Source: Podarcis pityusensis (lineage: Eukaryota). Taken from it: DNA of 64,000 nt. Positions 24,731-36,439 of this stretch are shown one piece after another (within the stretch, counting starts at the first letter, position 1; each line of letters begins with the position of its first letter). The translations under genes and the position numbers were made by a program. Under the pieces are notes generated by a model, which was not told the DNA's origin, did no database searches, and was given only the letters and a program-made list of their open reading frames with translations. Where the stretch lies: assembly GCA_964106645.2 (NCBI GenBank), contig OZ067044.1. One strand, given 5' to 3'.

Positions 24731-26034
24731 ATGGAAAGCAGTTACAGGGAAGTTATGTTGCTCTCATAATGCATTGTAAGACGTGGACCACTGAAAAGTT
24801 TATGGATATTTGAGTAACTGCTTGATACTTAGTATGAGAAATATCTATCCCATTTTCTTGTTTGTTTTTATTCATTTGCATTATAGTGCAAAAGGGAATT
24901 AATTCAACTTGAAATATATTTTATTTCTCTCTATTTGTGTAAGCAAATGTACCCATAACCATACACCCAAGAGTGAAATAATTAAAACACATTCATTTCA
25001 GTGAAAGCTTTAAACATATACTCAACACTCTCATTGAAACATAGGACTTAAAATCACTTAACTTGGCGTGATTACACTCAGATGATAAAAATGTACTAGA
25101 ATACTAATGAGAATTAATACTTCTTCAATCTGCTTAAAAACATTTTTCAGTAGCAAACTTTTTCTTACTTGGGAATATTTTGCTGTAAAAAAAGAGAGGG
25201 AATCAGTAATTAAAACTCTTGCAGGGACAGAATTGAAAGTCTATCTCTACAGGTCAATTAAAAGACTTATTCATCACTAATCCATGCTTATGAGTTAACA
25301 ATAAGATGGGCATCTCAGTAGACTGCTGCTAGTCTCCTTTGTTCCCTCAGTAATTAAGGCAGCAAACAACTTTGGCACTTCAGAAAGCACAACTGAAAAA
25401 TGGTCAGAAAGGCCAAAATGGTTGCTTTCACAGCCCTTTCCAAAGTAATAGAAATTTATCCTTGCTGTTGTCCCCATTTCATGCTCTTGATTTGAGTGTG
25501 GAATTGTGGAATCCAAAAGATACACTCAGAAGAGTTACTGTTTAACAAGATATATTTATTTCCTTCCATTCAGCCCAAATATGTAGATAACTTTGGAACA
25601 CATTCCTCCTGCTTAGTGGAATACTGAGTGAGCAGAAGATCCTACTTACTGCAGATATTTAGCTAAAACGAGGCACTGTCTTTCAAAACAGATTTGTGGT
25701 TAAGGATTGATGTGAGCAGGAAACAACAACAGATTGCCAGGCTTCATCCTGGAAGTTGTTATTTAGTTAAAAAGAAAATCCCATTAATATTTGAAAGCAG
25801 GCATTTTAAGATACCTACAAAATACATTTGACAAATATATCTATGCACCAAGTATTTGTGGCTTTTGCCTTTGATTAATACTTGAATAAATTTGCTTTTA
25901 TTTGATTAGCCAAAAATTATAATAAAGTTCAAAATATAACAGAAATGACAAAATTGTGATCAGAAGATATCAAAAATATTGTTTGCTGACTAAAAAAATA
26001 AACATTATAATCTTCTCTTTGCTATTAGCAAGTA

Positions 26035-26636
26035 CCGTATTTTTCCCGTGTATAAGATGATCCTGAGTATAAGACGACCCTTATTTTTTTTCAACCCAAA
26101 ATTTTAAAAGCAAAACCCTAAAATAGAAGTGAAAATCCGGATGATTGGCAGTGGCGACGGAAAGTTTCCAGCATGAGGTGCATGCAGTGCCAGTGGTGCG
26201 GAAGCAGGCTCAGTGGTTGGGGCACCACATGCCCCCCCCCCCTTGGCGGCTGTGGGGAAGCGAGGGGCAGGAGGCTCCCGAGCAGGACGCTGGGGCAGAG
26301 CCTGGGGAAGGGAGACCCACTCTGTTGGACCATGTCATCAAGCAAACCAAGCCGAGGAAGGTGGGGAGTGGGCCAGGGCAGGGAGGGGGGTTGAGGGGGA
26401 GGGGGGAAAGAAAGAAGGGTGAGGAGAGGTAGCCAAGGTGGATAGCGGCAGCAGAAGGCGAGAGAGGAGAAGGAGGGGATGGCGGCTGGAGGGACTGCCT
26501 CAGCCTGCCCAAGCCCAAAATTTGCTTAAATATTAACCCCACCCCCAGATGCCCATGTTCCATGTATAAAATGACCCCCCCATTTTTACTAATTTTTTAA
26601 AGCAAGAAACCTTGCATTATAAACAGAAAAATACGG
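26035..26636. mobile_element. Older pogo/Tigger-like MITE, CCGTA-end family
   Basis: TA|ccgtattttt..cgtgtataag ... gaaaaatacgg|TG; subterminal tataagacgaccc repeats; GC-rich interior. Confidence 0.8.
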
Positions 26637-27489
26637 TGATGTGATTTTTAAAAATTAAGACTAATGAGAACAATTCAATAGTAACCAAGAAAGAAACACA
26701 TGCCTATATCTTCAGAGATAGGAGAATGGAATACATAATAAGGAAAGTTCTCAACTACATCTTCCTCCCACTAGCAGAGGTTGAAAGTTAATGCCATGAA
26801 GAAGGTGACATGTGTTGCATGCTAAGTATTACATATACTTTTTTCATGGAAAAATGAGAAAATTCATTTAACTTTAATTATGATACACCCTGAGGCCATC
26901 ATATAATTAGGTATTTTTTTAAAAAAAATCTCAAACTCTGTTCTTGAATTATTTTGTTGTTGTCCTGCCTCCACATTAATATTCCAAAAATAAAGCAATG
27001 TTCGTGTATAATTTGATTTTGTGATCTTACTGTGGTTTAGCATTAATGTACAGGAGCCGCAGGCCCATGCGCCTCCCCCCTTCTTCTTTTCCAACATTTC
27101 CTCAAGGAGGAGATTGCAAGCTTTTACTTCAGGCCCGCCCCCCATTGCAATTGTATTCTGCAACATGTTATTGACACAATACCCCCCTCCCTGAACATAT
27201 GTAGTATGAAGAGTTGCAGGATTTCAGCAGGAAGTTACAGGATATGGCCTGAGAGGAAATAAAGCTGTAAGACCTCCACAAAATCTTTTCAGGTACAAAT
27301 GATATTGATGACCCTGACAATGTCATAAGCACTAATAACAATAAATGTACAATAAAAAGAAAAGTGTAAAGTGAAAAAACATTTTGCTGGATGGATCATG
27401 CTAATATTTTTAAGATTGATGTGCAAATTTAAAAATGTATAAATATATGACCTCTAAATGTGAATTTTTTTAAAATAAAAATTAAGTTT

Positions 27490-27620
27490 CTTTGGCTGTG
27501 TTCAAACCAAGAGGAAGAACAAGCAAGTTGTAAGGTTGCTTGCATGGAAAAAATGCTGAAATGATATTGTGTGATAGAGAGAAGGCTCAACACCTGCTTT
27601 GCCTCTGTCTTCACCCAAAA
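27490..27620 (+). mobile_element. CR1 ORF2 fragment
   Basis: gagaaggctcaacacctgctttgcctctgtcttcacc reads approximately LNTCFASVFT, the CR1 'LN.YFASVFT' motif. Confidence 0.5.
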
Positions 27621-28414
27621 TGATAGCGATGAGATTTATAACATGCTTATTCACTTGCACAATTGTAAATGATGTGAAATACGCATATTTTGTCAATGTA
27701 TATCAGCAACCAGTACATAGTATACGTACACTGTGCAAACTACACCTGCTTGTTTATTGGCTACTCCTGGGACATTATTTATTAAATTTCAATACCACCC
27801 TCCATCTGAAGATCAAAGAGCAGTTTAAAATATAAAAATGTACAACATAATAACCAACAAAAATTATAAGCTGCCACCAAGTATTTTATTTTATTTTATT
27901 ACAACATTTGCTTTCACATATTATGAAGCTGAGGTTTGATAAACTGAAGGGGTTTATTGGGTGTAATATATAACTTTTGTAATCATGGGGCAAAAAGGTT
28001 ACCGGAGAAGCCGGTGATTGCTTAATTTACCGTGAATTTTCTCAGAGCAACTGTAGCAAGTGTTCTTGATATCGTAGTATATGAATGCTGAAATTTTGAT
28101 GTTATAAAAATGGCCCAAGGGAAATGTTTATGATGCTGAAGTACAATAACAATGAAAGGAAGTAGCTTCTCTTTTTTCTGTAGCTTTCTTTTTTTTAATA
28201 ATAAAAAAATGAAGCAAGCTAAGGCTTTTAAGTAATCTACGGGCAACATACCATCAATTTTAGTACTGTAGTTTGCAACCTCACTTGAATTGTTATTAAA
28301 ATTAATGGAAATAATTTTAGGGAGATGGATGCTATGAAAAAGCAGGCAGTGAGCATTTTAATGCTTGTTACTGACAGTGCTGTGTATTGACTGGGCAGGA
28401 ACTAGCAGCCTAAC

Positions 28415-29254
28415 TGCTGAGTGATAAAATGAATGGACACAACAACTGTCTGGGATTTAAATGGCCACAGCTTTATTGATTTCAGATGTAGGAAGCTTTG
28501 GCAAAAGCATTGGGTGTTCATTTGGCAAAAGCATTGGGCCTCAGTTCCCCTGTTGGGGGAACTGAGGCATGACAGGGTCTATCCAGGTATGGATCCATTG
28601 CAAATCGCAGGTTTACGTGGATGACCCCCAAACGCTGAGGGAAGCTCTATGGCCCGCTAGCCATACACATTTGGTTCTTTGTATAGAGACTTCCCTCCAG
28701 ACCCCTTTTATGGGGTACCCTGGTAATGCCGCCACAGGGAATGGGGTGGGTGGGTGGGCCACCACTTCAACACACCCCAATTGGATGAAAGACTATAGGA
28801 TTCTGCTCAAGGCCTAAACCACCAAAGTTGTGACTAGCGCTATGGGGAAGATGAAACCTGCATAGCAGGGAAATTTCCTTCCTGGCCCTGAATATGGCAA
28901 CTGTCAAAAGACCATAGCAAAGCCCAGCTAGCTGAAAAGAAATGGTGAGAGCAGTAATCAACTATTGATGAAGGGAGGGGAAGGGGGGGTGACGCTTCCG
29001 GCCGACTGGATGCTGTGCTGAGTGCTTGGCTGCACTAAGTTGATGGCTGTCCCCTGCCCCCCCCCCCCTGGGCCACCATGGATTGGCTCATTTGAAGGAC
29101 AGGTTTGGCGGGAACCTGTGAGCCTCTGCGGTGGCCGGAGGGGACAGGGAAACATTCTAAAACGGCGCTGCGTTTTCAGGCGTGAGGAGGCACCACATCG
29201 TGCTGTAAGCGCCGCTCACCGGCAAGACGGTAAGCGGCCATTGTAGGGACTTCA
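28415..29254 (-). mobile_element. Putative solo LTR (antisense)
   Basis: An approximately 840-bp GC-rich block. On the minus strand, a promoter-motif-rich part precedes AATAAA (tttatt at about 28473) followed by aataaagctgtggcc..ttaaatccca. TSD not resolved. Confidence 0.55.
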
Positions 29255-30240
29255 GTGGCATAGAATTATTTGGTGCACTCTGTGTTACTTCCTAACATTA
29301 TCTTCTCATACTTTATTTTGGGTTGCACCTCTACAATTTACTTGTTGAATTACTAATTGATTTATTTTTAGTGATTTAGTGGGAAGCTGGGTGAGAATGA
29401 GTAAGCTAACGCAGTCCCAAGTATATCACAGCTATATGCCTTGTTATGTCCCTGGAATCCTGCATTGAAATATTTGAGCATGCCATAAGCAGTTTGGAAT
29501 AGTGCTTTTCAACTTCAGCTATAGTAATGCTAGTTCCACACAGTATAATTACTATGTCATCTTAGAATAACTTGCCCGTTTTGATGCTGTAGAATCTGAC
29601 AGACATAATTTTGAGGCACATAATTTTAATTCACAGGTATTTATAATGGTACACAGTGTGCTCTCATTTTCTGAATGTAAATGCTCCTTTTGGAAGGGAA
29701 GTATGTGAAACAAGAGGAATTTATTTTGAATGGCGTTGTTAAAGGGACCGATTCAGAGCCAACTGTGCATATCAGATGTTGTTACTTTAGATCAGTTTTT
29801 TTTTAATTGTGCCCAGAAGAGTCTACTTTGTGAGCAAAAGCAAAATGTTTTACAATTAGGCCTATTAGGCCTACTTAAGCATATGAGACTTCGTAGCAAA
29901 GTATTGGGCTATATATATTTGAAAGAAAATGTTATAAATAGCAGGGCATACATGTTACATTTTTAAAAAACAATTCAGAAATCCTGAACTGAAGCACAAA
30001 AATGCTACATATTTTGGTTTTAGAAAAATCTACTTTTGTGCTATGTTAATTACTGCATTTCAGTAGATGTTTGTGAGGTTTTATACCTTGCTTTCTGAAA
30101 ACCTTTTTTAAAAAATGTTTGACTGTGCCTTTTTGAACTGCCTGATCAGCACTTAGAATGCTAAATGTCACTCATGGAATTGCATTGGCTATCCTGAGAA
30201 TTCCAGGGCAGGGTTCTTGTGAACTGAAAAAAGAGACACA

Positions 30241-30244
<4 letters not shown>

Positions 30245-30286
<42 letters not shown>
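30245..30286. repeat. (TTA)n microsatellite
   Basis: About 14 units. Confidence 0.95.
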
Positions 30287-30287
<1 letters not shown>

Positions 30288-30877
30288 AGCAGCTTCAAAA
30301 TACCTTTAAATAAAAATAAATAATGTGGTTTGTACAGTTGTACAGGCCTGTAAATAATGACAAGTCTCCATGGTACCCCTTCAAGAAAAAATACATATTC
30401 AAGTTCTAGACCTCTCTATACACTTCACAAAATAAAAGTGCAGCAGATAACCCATATTCTCTCCAGTAAAGAAAAGAAAATTAATTGGTCATATACTCAT
30501 TCCATGTTTAATACCAGCAACTACATCTAAAATTCATTTTAGAAATGCAATTAAGAATGACCTTTAAAAAGTCTCAATTCTTCATACCAAAGCAGGTATG
30601 AATAGCAAGAAGGAAGGGGAAAGAGTAATTTCAAAGATCACTTTCCTCATTCCACCACTCAGCTCATTACTGAATGTTCCTCCTTTGGTTTATAGCCTGC
30701 AGCTCGCTAATCTGCTTGCTTGCATACAAGGGCCCCCTGGCCTTGTGCCATAATGAAAAACAGATGCTATCTCCAGACCCATCTGCCAAGGGTGCTTCCA
30801 TGCACGGACCTATTTTGCCCTAGAAGAGCTGTGGATGGTGAAATTTGGGCAGTGAAGAAGGGCAGTAGCTAAAAGTA

Positions 30878-31723
30878 CCGTATTTTTCGGACCATAGGAC
30901 GCACCTTTTCCCCTCCAAAAATGAAGGGGAAATGTGTGTGCGTCCTATGGAGCGAATGCAGACTCCTCGGCTTCAGCGATAGCAATGCGAAGCCTCCGAA
31001 GCCTGCGCTCCGGAGGCTTCGCGTTGCTTCCGCTGAAGCCAGGAGAGTCTGCTCTTTGAGGCTGGCGGTGGGGGAAAGCAGCGCTTCCCCCATCGCCAGC
31101 CCCAGAGGATGGGGGGCAGCGAGAAGGCGCGCGACGCCTTGCCGCTACCCTCCAACCCGGCTTCGAGGCTGGCGGTGGGGAAAGCAGCGCCTCCCCCATC
31201 GCCAGCCCCAGAGGATGGGGGGCAGCGGGAAGGCGTGCGACGCCTTGCCGCTACCCTCCAACCCGGCTTCGAGGCTGGCGGTGGGGAAAGCAGCGCTTCC
31301 CCCATCGCCAGCCCCAGAGGATGGGGGGCAGCGGGAAGGCGCGCGACGCCTTGCCGCTACCCTCCAACCCGGCTTCGAGGCTGGCGGTGGGGAAAGCAGC
31401 GCTTTAAAGAGCGCGCTGCTCTTGGGGGCTTTTCCCCAAGGAGGGAGAAGGGACTGACTGGCCGTTTCAGTCCCTTCTCCCTCCTGGTCGAAAAGCCCGC
31501 AGGAGTCGCGCGGGGCTCCTGTGGGCTTTTGCGGGAGGTTGGGGAATTCCGCCACCTCCCGCAAAAGCAGGGAGAAGGTCTTGGAGTAGCGGACAGGCTG
31601 CGTGCAGCCTGTCCGCTGCTCCCAAAGCTGCGGGGGGGAAATCATATTTTTTTCCTTGATTTCCCCCCCTGAAAACTAGGTGCGTCCTATGGGCCGGTGC
31701 GTCCTATAGTCCGAAAAATACGG
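30878..31723. mobile_element. Young pogo/Tigger-like MITE, CCGTA-end family, with internal minisatellite
   Basis: TA|CCGTATTTTTCGGACCATAGGACGCACC ... GGTGCGTCCTATAGTCCGAAAAATACGG|TA; the first ~80 bp are nearly identical to the 15116 copy. Confidence 0.92.
31058..31404. repeat. About 106-bp GC-rich minisatellite, 3 full units plus a partial unit
   Basis: Units start gaggctggcggtgggg at 31058, 31165, 31271 and 31377. Confidence 0.9.
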
Positions 31724-33485
31724 TAGTTGACACTCAGAGTGATTCAAGGGTGAATGCTTCTTTTATTTGATTTACACCCACTGTCAGTCTTCTGCATTCT
31801 GTGATACTGGTCTGTAAAAGGGTCCCATTTATCTTGCTAGTAGGGATGCCTGAGGAATCCATTGAGTTCAAATTCTGGAGTGAAACATCCAAATTAATGT
31901 GCGGAACCCTCCCTTACCAAAATTCCTCATCACACATAGGTTTTGAAGCATATTCACCTGGATATTTTTAGAGGTCTCCTTCAAATGCATTCAGTCAGTG
32001 TGGTGCATGCAGATGCTGGCATGCATGGAGGGTGGAGCCATTGTGTGCATTCCTACACCACCTTGCTTGTGGCTGAGCTTGCTGGCCTTAAGCATTTGGC
32101 TGTCAAGACTTCAGGCTTTCCTGGGCTTTCACCATGTCAACCACAGACCTAATTGACAGACTCACACAGTCTGCCTGACTTCTGGTTCTTTAGTTCATGT
32201 CCCCTCATCCTCTGAAGCTGAAGAGAAAACAATAGAGAATAAAGAAATTCAGGATTCTCTCTTTCCTGTCATTGGTTAACAGAGGTACCATCAGTCATGA
32301 AACAAAAGACAGAGATGCCCATAGAAAACAATAGATAAATCCAGGATTTCTTTTGTAGTGTGTGAGCTACTCTTGTTTCTTATATCTGTAGGCTCAGCTG
32401 TGAACAACATTCCATAGGATCTGGAAGCTCATGGTTCTCCTACATACTTTTTCATACCTAGGACATTCCTGAGTATGTAGGAGCCACTACTTTCTTTTAG
32501 ACAACTCCATTTCTCTTTCAAACTGGGCAGCGTTCAAGATTGCTATGACAGGGGATGATGATGACACATGTTTATAGGGAGACTTCTTTTTAATTCAGCA
32601 GAATCAGTGATGATGAAATCTATAGACCAACTGCATGCTGAAGTGTTTTGAGCCAGCACTGCTACAGATTTGCTGAGATAGTTGCTCTATATTCACATGC
32701 CAGTTGCTCCTCACATCATCAAGGGACTGACTCTGTAATGTTTTGGCCTTCCCCTTATTTATCATCATTGCTGACTGTCACATTGTTCTGGGAGAGATAG
32801 ATTATGAACAACTGTGGATGGGATACTTTTAATTAAAGTAAGGGGGGAGCTTCATTGAAATTCTGTAATGTACATAAGTCATCTGTCATAATTTAACAAA
32901 TGAAAAAGACTAAGAGAAGGTACCATCAATCAAGACTATTTAACTACACTCTAGAGTGAATTAAATTGTATTTAAGAACTTTTATCAGAATAGCAATAAA
33001 GACTAGTACAAAGCACACCATGTTTTGTTAATCTGCTTCCTGATTTCTGCCTAGTAATCATTTTTTTGGTCAGAACAGAGTATATAAAAGTTGAAGATGT
33101 CTTCTTTCTTTTTTTTGGTGGAGAGGGAGTGTTTGCTCAGTTTAATGAAACTTTACGTATACATAAAAAGTTTTGCCTTGGACTAGGAAAAACATTTTTT
33201 TATGTTTAGCCCTCTCCCCTTTAACGTGAAGAAAAGCAGCTTTAATATTTGTTTTAAAAAATGCTTCAGTCACATGACTCTTACTTTCCATTTTGGAATT
33301 TTGAGCCCAGTCTTTAGGCAGGTGGTGTCAAACAAAGAGCTAATGGGAATTGCTTTAAGGCTCATTTTCATCTAGCTTGTTATCTACAAAGTGGCAAAGA
33401 AGTTCACTGCTGGTCTTGTCCAAGTGGACACAGCTCTGTTAACTCTGTTAACTGTCTGATTGGACTTTGTTCTGTTAACTGGAAT

Positions 33486-33780
33486 CAGGGGTAGGCCATC
33501 ACATTTTGTTGCCTGAGGCTAAACAAGAAGGTACTGTTCCCACTCCCTACGGCGAAGCCTTGCTTGCTGGGGTCGTGCAGCAGAGGATTCCAGTAATACC
33601 TTGCAAGAGTTTTGCAAGATCTCATGAGATCTTGCCGGAAGCCACCGCCATGCAACTCTGGTAAGCAAGGCTTTGGGGTAGGGGGGCAGTGGTGGCAGCA
33701 GGGAAGGGTGCTCACAGGGGTGCCGCCCTGCGGGATTCTGCCACCAGAAGTGGCTGCTTCAGTCTGCCTCATGGGCAGGG
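33486..33780. mobile_element. Degraded hAT-like MITE
   Basis: caggggtaggcc..ttttgttgcctgaggc start; gctgcttcagtctgcctcatgg end; GC-rich block in AT-rich surroundings. Confidence 0.4.
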
Positions 33781-34213
33781 GTACTTGATATACACTATGT
33801 CAGATGTGTACAAACATTTAATGTGCATGTTTTAAATTATTTAAAACACGGATCAGACTTGTGTGTGGGGAGATTCCCTGCTAGAGCGACTAGCTTTTGG
33901 AATGTAGTTTTTGCAGGATCACAGCACAGAAAGAAAGGGTTAGCACCCTTGCCATACTCAGCAGTCTTGATCCTGCTTGTTGCCCTATTGATGATATTTT
34001 AAAATGTGCGTATTAAATGCTTACACACATATTTTGCCTTCAGCATTTCATTTCTTAAAGCTCCATATGTTGAGGGTGCTGAAATAATTCACCTTTACAT
34101 AAATCAGCTCTTTAGTTTTTCTCAGGAAGGAAAAAAAAGATGTGAAGCAAAAAGTAAAATTGTTTTTGATTATCAGAGATGATGCTTAGAAATGAACTAC
34201 AGAAAACAAACTA

Positions 34214-34774
34214 CAGTGGACCCTCCGGATACGAACTTAATTTGTTCCGGGGGTCCGTTCGCACCCCCAAAATAATGTAAATAGAGGTGCGCTTCTGCCC
34301 ACGCACAAGCGATGAAACCTGTAAGTATACCCTTCCATTTGCCGTGGCCGTAACCCAAAGATTCTGTATCTAGAGGGAAACGTAAGTAGAGGTAAAGGTA
34401 AAGGTACCCCTGCCCGTACGGGCCTGTCTTGACAGACTAGGGTTGTGCGCTCATCTCACTTAAGAGGCCGGGGGCCAGCGTTGTCCAAAGACACTTCCAG
34501 GTCACGTGGCCAGCGTGACTAAGCGGCATCTGGCGAGCCAGCACCAGCGCAGCACACGGAAACGCCGTTTACCTTCCCGCTATAAAGCGGTACCTATTTA
34601 TCTACTTGCACTTAGGAGTGCTTTCGAACTGCTAGGTGGGCAGGAGCTGGGACCGAAAGATGGGAGCTCACTCCGCCGCGGGGATTTGAACTGCCGACCA
34701 TGCGATCGGCAAGCCCTAGGCGCTGAGGTTTTACCCACAGCGCCACCCGCGTCCCTTCAGTAGAGGTACAACTG
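34214..34774. mobile_element. Tc1/mariner MITE (CAGTGG end) interrupted by a Sauria SINE
   Basis: TA|cagtggaccctc ... gaggtacaactg|TA. Confidence 0.8.
34395..34755 (-). mobile_element. Full-length Sauria SINE (Squam1/lacertid type)
   Basis: The minus strand starts GGGACGCGGGTGGCGCTGTGGGTAAAACC, has a tRNA-like B box (GTTCAAATCCC) and ends with an (ACCTTT)n tail. 10-bp TSD agtagaggta at 34385-34394 and 34759-34768. Confidence 0.92.
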
Positions 34775-36439
34775 TACATTTTAAAACAGAGATTTGGACA
34801 TTTGAGTTTGACATGGCTACCAGCTAGATGAGATGACACTTTTGGATGCAAAGAAATCGTGATAAAGTGGCTACTGGGAGTTTTGGATGATTTCAGTTAT
34901 GTTGATCAGTCTGGTGTGCAGCAGAAGCACAGATTTCTGAAGGGTTTTCTGCTACAGACAAAATATTCTACCAACAGCTGTTACAAAAAGGATATAAGTT
35001 GAATAATGAATTCTATTGTTAGCACTGGGTCATACATGAGCAGATTGGAATCAAACTATGGTAGCCTTGAGCAGTGGAAGGAAGTTGACTTTTATGCTTA
35101 GAAACAGAAACTTTTCAAGCAAAAAAAAATTGAAAAAACAAACGCTTAAAACTGTTTTCAGCAAAATGGGTAAAGAAAGTATAGGAGTAAATATATGTAG
35201 TCAACACACCATTGATTTTATTTCATTCAGTATATGAATTTCTGCCACAAATTGAGGGGGGTTTTTTGGCAGAGGTTAGGAGAGATCATGACAGAAAAGA
35301 TATGTAATATGTGTCTTATTACCCAAGGCACTGGAGTGTGTATAGCACTTCACAAAATAGACATAGTAGCTGCCAGTAAAAATACACAAGGATTAAGATA
35401 ACATTCTGCAAATTAGGAATACGTACTTACTGTATCCCTGTACAGTAGATTCAACCGTCACCATTGCAATGTGTTTTCTGTATTAGCTTGGTGAATTGCT
35501 CCCTATGACTGCAATCCTGTGTTTGGTTAATCTGTGTGAATTCTAACTGAATCACTTTGACAACCTTTTAAAGCCTATGATAGTAGAACACAGAACTTGA
35601 TCCTGGAGGCCAAAGTAACCACTGGTTAAAGGTGCATTACTAAAAGTACTGGTGCTGGTGTATATTGTTGAGAAATGGTTGGTAATTATTGCAGAAATGT
35701 TTCTTTTTGTCTGCAATCCTTTCAGGCCAAGAAAACTTAATACTGCTTTTGTTCTTTACTTAATACAAGGAAAGTGTTTTAAATACACAGGATTTCTACT
35801 GCTGCTTTAAATGCTATTATTTAAGAGCATGCACTTGCAGCTGCAAAACTCATCAAGTAAATTGAAAGGATTACCTATGAAATCAGCTTCAAACTTTTTA
35901 TTTTTATTTTCTCACAACCAATATGAAGGTAATGCACTTGGAATTATAATGATATTGAGATTGACTGTTTAAATCCTTTCTAAAGTTCAAAGCATAAAGC
36001 AGACTGCATGCACTTCCAAGCCACAGTGGGGCTTCTAAGCAGGAGCTTGTGATAAAAAAAAAAAGAGTGAAATCAGGTTTGACTAAAATCGTCCACCATT
36101 CCCATATGGCTTTAACAGGAAGTTTTCAGGCTCAAAAAGACAACGGTTTGGGGAAGCAGCAGACCTCATTTTCAAATTGTCTGAGATTGCTTTGCGGATC
36201 TTGTCTTCTGGGGAACATGAAGACAAGATGCTCATTAAAAATGAGCTGCACCAGGGAGCTCGACTGAGCTTCAAGTACACTTAATAGTTTTTTGCTTGAG
36301 GAATATAAAGGGAGACGATACCTCTTTCAAAAGCTGAAGTGCAGCTGAAGAGAAATACAGCTGGATTCCTTATGGAAAGGTATAGATTACAGGATGCAAT
36401 ACCTTGCTTTGTTTTGTTTATATGGGATGTGGAGTGAGG

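Noticed and set aside
26118-26563. Cluster of GC-rich ORFs on both strands
   Set aside because: They lie wholly inside the 26035-26636 MITE and are composition-driven open frames.
30869-31672. Several long overlapping ORFs (up to 187 aa) with repeated peptides
   Set aside because: They are by-products of a GC-rich minisatellite inside a MITE. They are open in many frames on both strands and have no transposase or other domain.
34670-34755. tRNA-like A/B boxes
   Set aside because: This is the head of the Sauria SINE, not a tRNA gene.
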